This document shows positions 1 to 12,500 of a stretch of DNA of 64,000 nucleotides, in pieces. How positions within the stretch are numbered: position 1 is the first letter of the stretch; each line of letters opens with the position of its first letter. The DNA is from Vairimorpha necatrix (Eukaryota). The DNA lies in contig CP142734.1 in NCBI GenBank assembly GCA_036630325.1, positions 620,001-684,000 on the forward strand, read 5' to 3'. Both the position numbers and the translations under genes were made by a program. The notes under the pieces are model-generated. The model ran no database searches and was not told where the DNA came from. It saw only the letters and a program-made list of their open reading frames with translations.

Positions 1-69
1 ATTTAACTCATAGTTTATTAGAAAACAATTAAATTGGTTCAAATAATATATTTTTTTATAAACTATGTT

Positions 70-219
70 TAAATTAGATATTTCTATGACTATTTTTTTA
101 CGCATGTAAATTTTTTTCTTTTCCTTTTAGCTCTGGACGCTTCGACTTTTAAAAAACAGGGCTAAAAATAAAAAATTCTGTATTTATATTGATAAGGGGG
201 GATAAAGTGAAAATTGGCC
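70..219. repeat. Terminal arm of a long-TIR (Mutator-like) DNA transposon family
   Basis: ...GCTTCGACTTTTAAAAAACAGGGCTAAAAATAAAAAATTCTG...AAGGGGGGATAAAGTGAAAATTGGCC is nearly identical to 52486-52562 and similar to the reverse complement of 45960-46115. Confidence 0.6.
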
Positions 220-224
220 CCATA

Positions 225-780
225 GTCAAATTGCTTTTACTTCTTTTACATTGATTTCCACTTTTAGCATGCAAATAGTCCAAACTTTTATTTTCTTTAT
301 TAACTTGATCTTTTTCATTTCCTTTAGGTTGAGAACACTTCCTAGCTATGAGTCCCATTTTACCACATACAAAACAATGTTGTTCTCGTCTTTTTTTTTT
401 GAAAATGTCTTCCTGGCACTGCTACTTTCATGGCCAATTCTCCTTAAATCGCTCTTCTTAATTTTTCTTTCAAAACCTCCACCACATCTTCCAGTTATCT
501 TCTCCTTGTTCTCATTCTCTTCCTCTTCAACAACTAATTTTCCGACTTCATCAATAATATCAGTCTAATTTATCATACTGAATAATTTTTTTATCAAAAA
601 TAAAATCCTGAAGTTCAATACTTGATTGTATTATCTCCTGTTTCAGTGTCATTTATTTTACTTCTTCTACATTCTAATAATCGCTTCTACTCTCTTAGCT
701 TCTTTGAATAATTTTTTGTTCTCTTAGACACGGGTCTCACTTTTTACCTTTTTTTAGCTTTTGTTTGCCATGTAAACCAT
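225..780 (-). pseudogene. Degenerate Lys/Glu-rich ORF with zinc-knuckle remnant (Gag-like or CNBP-like)
   Basis: Minus strand reads CFVCGKMGLIARKC (CX2CX4HX4C with H>L). CCC motif lies upstream of an ATG near 780. Multiple stops and frameshifts. Confidence 0.35.
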
Positions 781-2069
781 CTATTTATTAGGGGTTATAA
801 ATACCACAAGAAATAAAAAGAAAACAAAAATTTTTTAAAATCGATTGTTTAATAATAAAGTTTTTTAGCCTAGACATAGGGAAAATCTGTTTATCTTCTT
901 CAATTTCATATTTCACTCTGCTGTTTTAGAGAATTTCTGGAAAAAGATACTGTTAGAATAAAATATAGGGTTTATTTATTGCAAAATATTTAAAGAGCGC
1001 AATGTCAAATATATCAAAACAATGGCACGATATATTTGACACATGTAGCACTTTCCACACCACCCCTCCTTTAAAAGCTTGACATGATATCGACTCGTCG
1101 TAGCTGTTTTTCCACTGTCCAATAAAAACTTTAAATGAATGAAATTTTTGTTCTTCAACCACTCTTTTTTCTTCCCATTTAGGTTCAAGTTTTCTTCTTA
1201 TCGGGAGAATTGAGTAGTACCAGACTCTATCTCCTACATTTATGGTGTCCTTAATATCAGCATTCTTCTTTCCACTCGTGTTATATTCGAGCCTATAGGC
1301 TTCTTAATTCTTAATGGCCTGTTCCTGATACTTTTCTTATCTTTTGATGTCTTAATTCCTTCCTGTAAGTCCATATCGTTAAGTGTCATTCCTGTGATGA
1401 GTTCGACTAGGGCGCAGCCTATATCTCTATGTAAGACTGCAAATAGGCCTTGACCATTTTAGGAACGCATCTTGCCCAATCAAATTTCCCGAATTCTGTG
1501 ATTTTTCTTAACTTTGAGCCTATTGTTATATTCAATCACTCCACAAGCCCCGTCATCGCCGGTTTATAGGGGGAACCATATTTCCAGTAAATTTTTTATT
1601 CCTTGCATTTCATCACAGATTTTATTTTTAACTCTTTCCCATTAAAAGTTAGTATGGCTTTCGGAACTCCATGTTTTCTCACTATACGTTTATCGATCAA
1701 ATAAACAACGTATTCATGTCCTTTGTATAAACCGAGACAACCTCTGCAATTTTTGAGAAATGGTCAATCATTGTTAATAAATGTCGCGAGCCCAACTGAT
1801 TACCCGATCCGGAATGGTTACCAGATTATTTTCTTGCATTTTTTTAATTTTTATTTATGATCTGTGTTTTCATAATTTATGCCAAGTTTCCGTTAGTTTT
1901 ATCACGTGAAACATTTTTAATTTTTTACTAAATTTTTTACCCATATGAGACTAAAACCAAATATACCGAAGTCAAAGACGCAATAGTAACAACTGAGCCA
2001 AATAGCTTAAAAAATTAGAATATTGAAACAACTTTTAACTTTTTTGGAAATTTTTTTTTTATCCCCTCA

Positions 2070-3291
2070 ATGAAAGGAATCAACCCCCAAGAAGAGTATG
2101 ATCTTCTGGTAAAAATCCTCCAAAGAGATGATTTGACCACAATCATCGACAAACAAGCAAGGTATAAGCCGAGAAAAAGAGCCGAAAAGTATCTTCTTGC
2201 AGAAAATATTTTCTTTCTAAGAGATATTTCAGGCTTACATAAAAGGGTAGTTGTAGAGAGTAAGGTACAGTCAATGAAATTGCCAGTACAAACTCTACAT
2301 AGTTAGTATCATTATGAACACAATCGTTTATATGAGTTGTGTCAGCAATTTTACTTAACTATCTCAAGAAGTCTTGTGCGGGAGGTTTGAAAAGAGAGCA
2401 ATGTTTGTTCACAGGCACAACCTTAAAAAACAAAGGAAACCTACAAGCATATATTACTTAAAAGGCCATTTGAGAGGATTATTATCGACTGGTAGACATG
2501 AGGGTTTATGTCGACCAATACGAAGGAAATAGTTGGTTACTAACAGCTTTAGATGTGTATCCTAAGTATGCATATACTTCTGTGATGGAAACTAAAACTG
2601 CTTCGGAAGTTTTATTATATTTGAAATTTAATTTCAATCGGTACAGGCTTCCTAGTGAACTTCAGTGTGATAATGGTAATGAATTTAGAAATTCACTTTT
2701 TTGTGAATTCTGCGATCAGAATAAAATTTTACTAGTTCATGGCAGACTCGGGCATTCTCAGAGTCAAGGTCAAGTTGAGAGATTAAATCAGACAATTCCT
2801 TGATACTTACAAAAACACCTCTACGCAGAATTTGGTCCAAATAATAAAAACTGGGTCTTATTCATTGACACAGTTGTTTATCAATACAACGTCGCAGTAC
2901 ATTCTGCAACAAAAAAATCTCCATTTGAATTATTTTATGGAACGAAGGAATATAATACTGCTAAAAGCAGTATTAACGATGAGGAAATCAAAGATAAAGA
3001 CTTGGATTTCGACTTTGGGCGAGAAAATAGATCTATGGTAGACGAAAAATATCTCTTAAGAATGGACAAAAAATGCGTTCATCGTTCTATCAATAATTTT
3101 GTTATAGAAGATTAAGTAATATTAAAAAAAGATTTTTTGCTCATTACAAAACAAAAAAATTAAATTTAAGCTCGTTTTATTCTGAACCAGGAGAAGTAAT
3201 AGAAATTTTGTCTAATAATAGGTTAAAGGTTAAGTTTAAAGATTTTGAAGAAATTGTGTCTATAAATTTGGTAAAAAAATTAAAAAAATAG
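2070..3291 (+). pseudogene. Ginger-type DDE integrase/transposase (KRBA2/SCAND3-like), disrupted
   Basis: ORF pieces 2070-2306 and 2498-2803 with LDVYPK, QCDNGNEF, HSQSQGQVERLNQ. No RT or RNase H. Stops and frameshifts. Similar to 7603-8894. Confidence 0.85.
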
Positions 3292-3882
3292 TTAAGCAAA
3301 GTTAAATTGAGTTATTATTCTTTATAATTTACTTTTAAATTTAAACTAGATTTTTTTAATACTTATCATATTTCTATTCCAGCGTTAATATAATTCATCA
3401 TAAAAAATATATGTGTAATTAGTATATCGAATTATATATAAACAACTGATAATATTTATAGATTGTCCTATTTTCATTATACAATTAATTTAATTACAGA
3501 AATCTAGATTTATAATCTTTGTTTACGATGCTCAAGACTAATCATTGATATTCACTAACTCATTGTGTAAATTATATTTTTACCTTTTCCACAATTACAA
3601 ACTATTCTAAAATAAAATTGAAAAAAATTCGACGTGTAAACCGTTTTAATTAATTTAAATATAGTTTTTTTAAGTAAAATATTAGTATTCAAATATATAA
3701 CAAACAAATTTAAAAATTGAAAATATTTGTATAATTTTAAAATGCGTATTATAATAAAAATTATAGTGATAAAAATATTAATTGAAAATTTTGATAGTTT
3801 GTTATATTTGAAAATACTAAATAGAAGTTAAATTTTTATAAAAATTAGATAATAAAAGTAGTGAAAATTTTTAAGAAAAATG

Positions 3883-5023
3883 GGTTAAGTTCTCGATTTA
3901 CCCCCCCCCCCACCCCTAAAAAAATAAAAAAACGTTTAATTCTCGACTAAACCCCCACCCCTAAAAAAAAAATTATTCCACAATTGTAAAATCTATTTCA
4001 GGAATAATATCATATTCTAAAATACTAAAATTACCTATTTCAAAAAATTCTAACATTTTATCTAATAGATTTATACGATATATTAATTTGAATCTATTAA
4101 TGTAAATCTTCCTTACAAGATTCATAATAGTACCATGACTAGTTCCGCTTTTTCTTAGTTCTCTTTTAAGAACCGGCTACATTCCCTCTATAGTCTGAGT
4201 ATGCGCACCAGTTATATTATCAACGAAATTTTGGCTGTGATTCACAGTCAAATGTAGATACTCATATTCTACACAGATTGTTTGAATATTACTTTAGCCG
4301 CGCCAACAATCTGTCATAATTGTAGTTCCCGGAGCAGTTTTTCGTGTGATTAATTTAACAAGAGTAGCTCTTGTTCTATTTTCTACGATTTCAAAGAAAA
4401 AAGAATTCGCATCCCCCCTCACAACGCCTCCAACTGCCCATACTTGATATTGAAGAACCCTTCCCGCATGGTTTTTACTTTTTACAAGTAAAGTTTCATC
4501 AATTTCAACATTACAACCGACGCCGCCAATCGTTTGATTGTTTATATATGTTTAATAGCAGACGTACACGGCGTTATTAAAACGCGTAAACCATCTTGAT
4601 ACCGTACATTTACCTATATCAAGTTCTAACGTGGCGGCCAAATTACTTGAACCCTTTACCCATTCGCAAAGCAATATTAAAAGATCCTCAATAGGCAATT
4701 TTGAGTTCTTAAAAACGCTTTGTTTCATTATGGTACCTTTGTTAGAACATTTTGTACCACCACGTCTTAAATAACAACGATAGTTTTCAGTGTTTGTCCG
4801 ATTTTGAGTCATTGGTATATTGCATTTATTGCACATAGGGACCCTCAAAATGTTTTTTGCAATTAAAAATTGCATTAACTCATTTTTTTTATAGATGAGT
4901 TTTCTGAATTCTTTAATTCTCATTATGGGTCAAATAATTTATTTTTTTATTTTTTCCCCTTTTTTTAATTTTTTTTTATTTTTTTAGGGGTGGGGGGGGG
5001 GGGGGCAAGTCGAGAACTTAACC
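3883..5023 (-). mobile_element. Merlin DNA transposon, family M1, frameshifted copy nested in Ginger A
   Basis: TIRs GGTTAAGTTCTCGA.../...TCGAGAACTTAACC. Perfect 8-bp TSD GAAAAATG (3875-3882, 5024-5031). Transposase from 4923 to ~3975 is nearly identical to ORF 59835-60785. Confidence 0.93.
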
Positions 5024-6115
5024 GAAAAATGTCTTTATTTTTTTCGAATATTTTTTTTTATTCAATTTAAAAATATTGAGTGTTATTGAAATAGGTTTTA
5101 TGCCCAACAAGTTAAACAACTCCACAGAGCATTTTAAATACCTTTTGGGGGTTTCTTTTAAAAAAATTTTTTTTTGTAACCAGCTGGGCTCGTGACAATA
5201 TATATTTATATCCTTGCTTACTCTCTTTCAGGGGCCCACAATGTCTAATTGCCAGATTTCTCTTAATTTATTAGCCACCACTGGTATAATATCATTTATT
5301 TCCTCTCAGGTATTTTCTTTTGAAAAACTTCACAATTGTCAATATAGTCTTCTATGTCCTTATTCATATGCTTCCATGAGTATTTTTGTTCGATATTGTA
5401 CTTCATGTTTTGTATTGATCCGCGGCCCAATAAATCATGATAAAACTTCAATAATACCAATATTTTCTCGTTTTTTATTGCTCACCTTTGTACTATTTTT
5501 ATTATTATAACATTCTTGCTTCCATTTTATATTCTCTGCTTGTATGATCTGTATGATTTGATGGTCCTGTTATATATTCAAAACCAAAGTCATATTCTTG
5601 TAAAATCAATGACCATCTAGCCAACCTGGCTTTACCATTTCTAGACTTGAACAGGTATTTCAGAGCTTGATGATCAGTTTTTAATGTGAACTACCTAATA
5701 ATAAATATTCTCTGAAATTTTGGATGAATTTTATAACCGCCAATAGTTCTTGTTCCGTTGCGGAGTAATTCTTTTCTGTCCTCGAGTGTAATGATCTGTA
5801 ATAAGAAACAATTTTTTCTTTTCCTCCAATTATTTATTAATGTAGCACCACATCTCTCGTTTGATGCGTCTGTAGTCATAATAAACTTATCCTTCAAATT
5901 TAAGATAGTCAACAAGGCCGTTCTCTTCATGGCCTGTTTTACCTCTTTAATATTCTTACGATATTTAGCATTTTGTTCCATATTTTTCCAAAAACAATCT
6001 GCCTCCTCATCTTTGAGCCTAATTATATCAAATAGTGGGCTACCACCCCGTGACTGTTTTTTATAAATTTAGCACAATAATTGTGGCGCGCAAGCGTTGA
6101 CCCCCTGGGATTTTC

Positions 6116-7237
6116 GGATCTAGTTTGTTATACGCCCTATCCGGGCGTATAACAAACTAGGTTTTTAAAAATTTACCCTTATGAGAACGGGTGTGTCGCA
6201 GTTTGAAAGTTACGTACAAATCCGTAGAATGCCACCTAGAGAGATGATTTTTGTTCTGCGAGAACAAAACCTTCTTTTGACCAGTATGTCCTGTTCTGAG
6301 TGTTCATCTGGCATGGTTGAGAGATCAAAGAAAGGCCCGGACCTTATATGCTGGACTTGTGATAATATAGTGTGCAGGCTCTACAGAAGCACAAAGAGCA
6401 TTAGAACTGGATCATTTTTTGAGGGATTTAAATTGCCATTGTCCGGGATCTACGCTATGATTATGCTTTGGAGCAAGGGAAAACAGATTAAAGAGATCAT
6501 TTCCGAGCATGGATTTAGAAGAAACAGCTCTGGTCAATATAAACAAGCTGAGAACTATTCTTAAAGGATACTTCGAGGCTGATTCTATGAGATTGGGAGG
6601 TCCAGGTATTGTTTGCCAGATCGACGAAAGCCAGTTCGCCCACAAGATCAAACATCATCATGGTAGAGCACCATCAAGTGATGTGTGGGTTTTGGGGATC
6701 GCAGACACCTCTTTCTCTCCTGCGAAGTGCTATATGGAGATTGTTCCCAATCGAACAGCTGCTGTTTTACTTCCGATCATTGCTAGGATATGTAGACCTG
6801 GCACAATCATTCACTCTGATGGCTGGGGATCATATGTGAATATCGAAAGAGAGCTCTTGTTCCGTCATCTGGTTGTAAACCACAAGACAAATTTCGTTGA
6901 TCCGATAACTGGAGCCCATACCCAGAACATAGAGTCATTCTGGAATAAGATGAAGATTGTGATTAAGAAAATGTATGGTGTTCAAAAAGCACAACTTCCT
7001 GGTCTTCTAGCTGAACTGATGTTCAGAGATGAGTTTAAGCAGACTGTGTTCATCAGAATTCTATCTTTACTAGCCATAAGCAATAAAATTAATTAATTCT
7101 AAAACAAGCCTGTTTTTTACAATGCTGCTTTTTTATTATCATGCTAGAAAAGTTATTCTCTCTTAAAAATGTGTAATTTTTTATTCCGGGCGTATAACAA
7201 ACTAGGTTTCCCTCCGGGCGCGTAGCAAACTAGATCC
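6116..7237 (+). mobile_element. Merlin DNA transposon, family M2, nested in the left end of Ginger B
   Basis: TIRs GGATCTAGTTTGTTATACGCCC and GGGCGCGTAGCAAACTAGATCC. Perfect 8-bp TSD GGATTTTC (6108-6115, 7238-7245). Confidence 0.95.
6181..7096 (+). pseudogene. Merlin/ISXO2-like transposase with a single frameshift near 6520
   Basis: ORF 6181-6564 has a Zn ribbon (CSEC...CDNIVC). ORF 6509-7096 has GGPGIVCQIDES, IHSDGWGSY, VNHKTNFVDP, HTQNIESFW. Confidence 0.9.
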
Positions 7238-7245
7238 GGATTTTC

Positions 7246-7400
7246 AGCTTGTGCAAGCATTGATCCTCAATGAAACTTCAATCCCGTGCAAGTATTGACC
7301 CCTAGTATTTGCAACACCGTGCAGGCGTTGACCCCTGGGATTTGCATCCCGTGCAGGCATTGGCCCCAAGATTTACAACCCGTGCAGGCATTGACCCCCT
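7246..7400 (+). repeat. Subterminal tandem array of 31-35 bp units built on the Ginger B TIR core
   Basis: Five units starting GTGCA(A/G)G(C/T)(A/G)TTG(A/G)(C/T)CC, plus a first unit at 6087-6115 separated by the Merlin insertion. Confidence 0.85.
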
Positions 7401-7447
7401 CCTTTCGGAAAGCCCAGTCTAAATTAAATATTTTTTAAATAAATAAA

Positions 7448-7520
7448 CGCACCAAACTGGATTCGAACCCGCGGCCCATGTGAAAGAATTAAGCAAGCAT
7501 ACCACTCGATCACGGCATAC
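7448..7520 (-). ncRNA. tRNA-like sequence (Pol III A and B boxes) inside Ginger B
   Basis: Minus strand GTATGCCGTGATCGAGTGGT...GCGGGTTCGAATCCAGTTTGGTGCG. A box TGATCGAGTGG and B box GGTTCGAATCC at tRNA spacing. Stems are imperfect and no anticodon can be assigned. Confidence 0.55.
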
Positions 7521-7602
7521 TTTATAAAAAGAAATAAAAAATAAGAAAATACTTACATAATGACATTTGATGAATAAAAAGATTTTTTTTATCCCCTTAA
7601 AA

Positions 7603-8894
7603 ATGATTCTTCCTCCCAGAAATGCTAGTGAATACAGTAATTTAACATTAGTTTTACTGGGCAGGGACAATGAAGTTGTTTTAGAAAAGCAACAAAAAAA
7701 CGGAAAAAACAAAAAGCTCGTAATTACCTTCTTATAGATGAGGCGCTATATTTAAGGGACGAGATTAGTGGGAACCACCTCAAGGTTTTTCATGGTGAAC
7801 AGCTTGAAGCCATTGAAGTTGAATGTAGAGCTTCCCACCAGCTTCATCACAGGGGCGTTAACCGATTCGAAGCATTATGCAATAAAGTTTTTAAAATTCC
7901 TAGAGACATTATAAGAAAAATCGTTTCCGAATGCATCACATGTGGACAATCACAACCGTTAAAAAATAAAGAGCGGCAAGTACATATTACGGCCTCTAAA
8001 CCGATGGAACGAATAATGATTGATTTAATCGATATGACAAGCTATAACAGGTTTAACGATGGGTATTGTTTTTTTTTCTTTATTTATGTGTATTCTAAGT
8101 TTGCCTGGGCCTTCCCATTAAAAAGTAAAACGGGTGATGAGGTTACAAAAAACCTAAATTTTTTATTTTACAATATGGCTGGTCCTCAAGATCCTTCAAA
8201 GCGATAATGGAAAGGAATTCTGCAATTCCTATATTAATAAACTTTGTTCAGACTTTTTTTTTATTGTCAAAACATAGTACTTCGTCACCCCTAATCAAAC
8301 GGGCAAATAGAAAGGTTTAACCAAACTTTAACGCGAACAATACAAAAACATGTATTTGAAGAAAGTTTGTTAGCTGTTGACAATTCTAAAACTGAAGAAG
8401 AAAAGGAATGGCCGAAACATCTAAATAAAGTAGTTTACAACTACAATTTGGCCAAACATAGTGCGACAAAGCAGGTCCCGTTTAATTTATTCTTAAAAAT
8501 ACCAGGATTTAATTCTGGTTATACGCAAGATGAGAATGAGTCTTCAGATGATAGCTTAAAAGAAATTGAATTGATACTCTAGACAGAAAATAAAAGAGAT
8601 TTGTCGAATAGTGTTTTTTTAGAGCAAACTGAAACTGGTTCAGTTGATCCAAATTACCTTGCAAGAATAAATCGTCATTCGTTGGTTCATATCTCAAAAT
8701 ATACTTTTGAAATTGGTGACAAAGTCATTGTAGCTAAAGACTTTGATAATAATATCAAAACCAAAAAACTAAAATTATCTTCATTTTTTTCTAAAGAAGT
8801 TAAGATTATAGAAATTCTCTCAAACAACAGAGTGAAATGTGACACTGAAGAAGGAACTCGAATTTTCCCTATGTCAAGGCTTAAAAAACTATAA
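7603..8894 (+). pseudogene. Ginger-type DDE integrase/transposase, disrupted
   Basis: ATG follows CCCC. HHCC region (HQLHH...CITC), ERIMIDLIDM, LQSDNGKEF, NGQIERFNQ, C-terminal FEIGDKV. Several frameshifts. Confidence 0.88.
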
Positions 8895-9449
8895 TTAAAA
8901 TTTAATTTTAAATTTTTTTTTGTGTTCTTTTTATTTCTTATTTTTTTTACTTTTTTTTTTTGGGGGGGTCAACGCTCGCGCGCCACAATAATTATAGATT
9001 ATTTGGGACATTGCGACTTTTGCTTAATTTGATATGTAGAAAATGATGATGATAAATTGAATGAGCATATGTTTTTTATATTAAATCATATATCTTTTTT
9101 ATAATGTCATTTTTCCTCGAAGACGAATATATAACATGAAAGTTACGAAACACATCTAAAAACTCTATATGTTATTGAAGAACGAGGTGATTACTGTAAA
9201 AATAATAAGGACAGAAGAAAGATTTTATATATGAATCAAATGACCCCCTTTTGACAAACAAATGAGCAATTATCGATATAATATTGTAATGTGTAAATTT
9301 AACTCGAAACTCGTCTTTATCGAATTTTTTATAGTCGCTTTCTTATCAATGACCATTACATAAGGAATATGTAAAAAACCAGAGCTAATCGAACGATTCT
9401 GTATTATTTGATTTAAAACATCAATAAAAGATTGTCATACGAGTATTCA

Positions 9450-9585
9450 TCATATATGTTAGAAGCGAATGGATATGTTTTTATTTAACCAACTTAATCA
9501 TATGGAAGTATTTATCATATATGTTAGAAGCGAAAGGATATGTTGCTTTTTATTTAAACCAACTTATCCTATGTAAATTTATTTA
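9450..9585. repeat. Imperfect tandem duplication of about 66 bp
   Basis: TCATATATGTTAGAAGCGAA(T/A)GGATATGTT...TTTAACCAACTTA occurs at ~9450 and ~9515. Confidence 0.8.
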
Positions 9586-12500
9586 AAAGAAGAAAATCTA
9601 ATTAAAAATTAGTAATGTTAATACATCGATTCTTTCGTTACAAGAATAAAAAAAAACTAAAAAATTCCGTGTCAGAATAAACGTGAAAAAAAAATTAATC
9701 AATCTTTTACGATAGCAAATATGTAAATATCATTTAAATTAACAACATATTCTTGTATCAAACCACAAGTAAGAATAACAAAATCAATTTGAGCTATTTG
9801 TTATTTTGAAATTTGTTCTATGATGTCAAAAAATCCATTGCGTTTCCCAAAACTTATAAACAAATTATACTTTCACTTTTTGATTTTTAGTATGACAACA
9901 TCGGCCTGTTTTTTAGCGAACGTAACAAGTTAGTACGAAGTCTTTGGATCTTGAAGAAAACGAACTTTGTACCAGCAAATTGTGGGCTGTAAAAGAGAAT
10001 AAAAGAGAAAATGATATAAAAACAATATGTATACATTGTATTATAGCTGATTTAGATTATATTCAACTTATTAAATCTCATTATATTAGTAAAAATGTAA
10101 ATAAAATGATTTGTTTATATTTTATAAAAAATTAGCTAAAAATATCTTTATAAACAAACTTGATGGTATAAACTTATAGAAACTTGTGAGATAAATATTA
10201 TAAGATTTAATAATAGAAGAAAAAGAGCACTTAATTTGGTTATGTAACCATTAAAATAGAAGACGAGACAACAACAAAATTCTCTGAGAAAAGTGACAAA
10301 ATCGAAGATATTTGCAATGAATTAAATCTAAAAAAATAATAAAATGAATTCAAACGGTCGTGAAATAATGCAATGAAGGATGTAGGTTAAGTTATATCTA
10401 ACAATAAAGTTTCTATAAATCTTATATCTACACAAAAGATATAAAATCTATTTTACATCATTTCGAATTATATTGATAACTGTGATGTTACTAAAGTAAT
10501 AATAAAAAAATTTATGTTTCAAAAAGAAGGTAAACTATTATTTAAGAATATCAAAATAAAAATGTTGTGTTGAATAAGAGTAATATGTGATTAGAACTAA
10601 AAAATCGAAATTCAAGAAGTTGAAGTATGCTGTACAAGATTGAACTACTTTATGCGTACTAAAAAATATGAAAATTATTTTTATAGTAACAATATGTGGT
10701 AAAACCATAATTCTGGACAAAAATACTCTATTCATGGTTGTATGGGATAGTATAGATTAGATGTTGCATTGACATCATTTTGAAGTTGCAAAAAAATTTT
10801 TATCATAATCACATTCGTTCTACGTGCTAAATAATATTTTTAATTCCATTTACGAAACTATAAGGCTGTGGTCAAGAATATAGGTTGATAATGAATATGA
10901 TAGAATTGTATGTGTCATAAAATAAAGGAAACTAATTTTAGTGTTATAATTACAATATGATTAAATATTATGTATAATATAAGTGTAAATAATACTACAG
11001 TTCTATTTTTTTTTAATAGTAAAAGGTTAAGAAACTCGAAATATTTACTTAACACTTTTTGCAATCTCAAATTTTTTCTCCTTACAATATATTTATAATG
11101 ATAGTGCCTTAAATTATATGTCAATCTTGTTTTATTGTATCTTTATTATCATACTCTTTTTGTAATTTTTTTTAAGCTCTGTTAAACTCTAAAAACAGTT
11201 TAAAGCTTATTAATATTATAAAAGAGTCTTTATGTATCAATCTTTTCAAACTTTAGGTATTTTTACCTTTTTTCATTTAATTTATTTGTTTGTTTTATTT
11301 TTACATAAAATATTTATTTATATTGATTTTAATTTCTACATGATTGAGATAAAAGAAATTCAGACTCCTTCTTCTAAACACCTAGTGTCTTTACCATAGT
11401 CAATAGCTCGACTTTTAAATTTTGCCTCAATAGCTACTGTCATATTCGTTATTCGACAAATTTCACCTATTCAACCAGATATATTTTTAATCGTTTAACA
11501 CACAACGGGGAGATTTTATAATAAAGTTCATTTTCTAATATATTATAGAATCAAGTTATTATTTAACAAATTATATAGTTATGTGCAGGTATTAAACAAA
11601 TACAGATAATTTTTAAAGAAGTTTCTTTAAACTCTATGTAAACATATTGAATAAATAATTGTAGTTTAAGGGTATTTAACAATGGGGATGGTTGTTATGT
11701 AAATGCTTATAGAAAAAAAAACATGTCACTGCTTTCTTTCGTATATTAGTATGTATTGTTATGTTCATTACTTTAAAATTTAAACATTCTTTATGTTTTT
11801 GACCATTAGCATTAAGTATAATAAAAAGACTATAATTTTAAATGTGGACGACGGATAGTCCGGACGAAACAGATTGTCTTCTTGGCATCTGAAACAATTG
11901 TTTAGAATTGAATATAAATACATCTTCGAATTAACGAAGATAAGTAATTGAAACAATATTATAATACTGCATATTTAGGTACGTCAACACTTAATATTTA
12001 TGTAAGATTCAGCCGATAACATCGTAATCGCATATTTTATAACACTCAAAAAAAAATATTTTTTTAAAATATTCGAATAAGTTAAAGTTCTTTTGATCTA
12101 TTTTTAATTGTACTGAAAAATAAGTACAGTATAATTTCTACATTTACGAACTATGTAGTTATATATAAATTTAAGATTTTCTACATAGTTCCAAAAAAAT
12201 GTGAAAATAAATAAGAGGAAATCAATTGATCACATTATATCATTTGTAAATTAATACAATGTTTTTATGATTTTTTTGTCAATTTTATCTTACCTTTCAC
12301 ATTGAACTGCAGCAATATATCTTATCCTAGCATTTGTTTTATGATATAGTGCTAAATTACGCCAATATTCCGTTGTTATTACTTTTAAAATACCAGATTG
12401 TTCTTTATTTTACAAATATAAGGGTAATATTGAGTGTTTTCATAGAAATTAGATCCGAAATAGAAAATTTATATATATACGGCATTTAAAAATTTGATTT

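Larger units (their letters stand above)
1782..5197 (+). mobile_element. Ginger2/Tdd-like DNA transposon A (integrase-only)
   Basis: TIRs TGTCGCGAGCCCAACTGATTAC (1782) and GTAACCAGCTGGGCTCGTGACA (ends 5197). 5-bp TSD ATAAA/ATATA. Removing it restores the gypsy integrase reading. Confidence 0.85.
950..6081 (-). mobile_element. pol: Ty3/gypsy remnant (RT thumb, RNase H, integrase, PPT, start of 3' LTR), split by Ginger A at 1782-5197
   Basis: Minus-strand motifs NYCAKFIKN (~6075), FIMTTDASN (RNase H), WQLDIVGPLKESKQGYKYI|LTMIDHFSK rejoined across the Ginger insertion, KHGVPKAIL, SPYKPAMTGLVE. PPT AAAGGAGGGG precedes TGTGGAAAG at 1059. Left LTR boundary uncertain. Confidence 0.85.
6082..8987 (+). 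mobile_element. Ginger2/Tdd-like DNA transposon B
   Basis: TIRs TGTGGCGCGCAAGCGTTGACCCCC and GGGGGTCAACGCTCGCGCGCCACA (1 mismatch in 24). Perfect 5-bp TSD ATAAT (6077-6081, 8988-8992). Confidence 0.9.

Noticed and set aside
6509..6564. Programmed frameshift in the Merlin M2 transposase
   Set aside because: No clear slippery heptamer, and the intact M1 Merlin has a single ORF, so a one-base indel is simpler.
7246..7400. CRISPR-like array
   Set aside because: Units are degenerate tandem copies of the Ginger TIR core, the intervening parts resemble each other rather than being unique spacers, there are no cas genes, and the context is eukaryotic.
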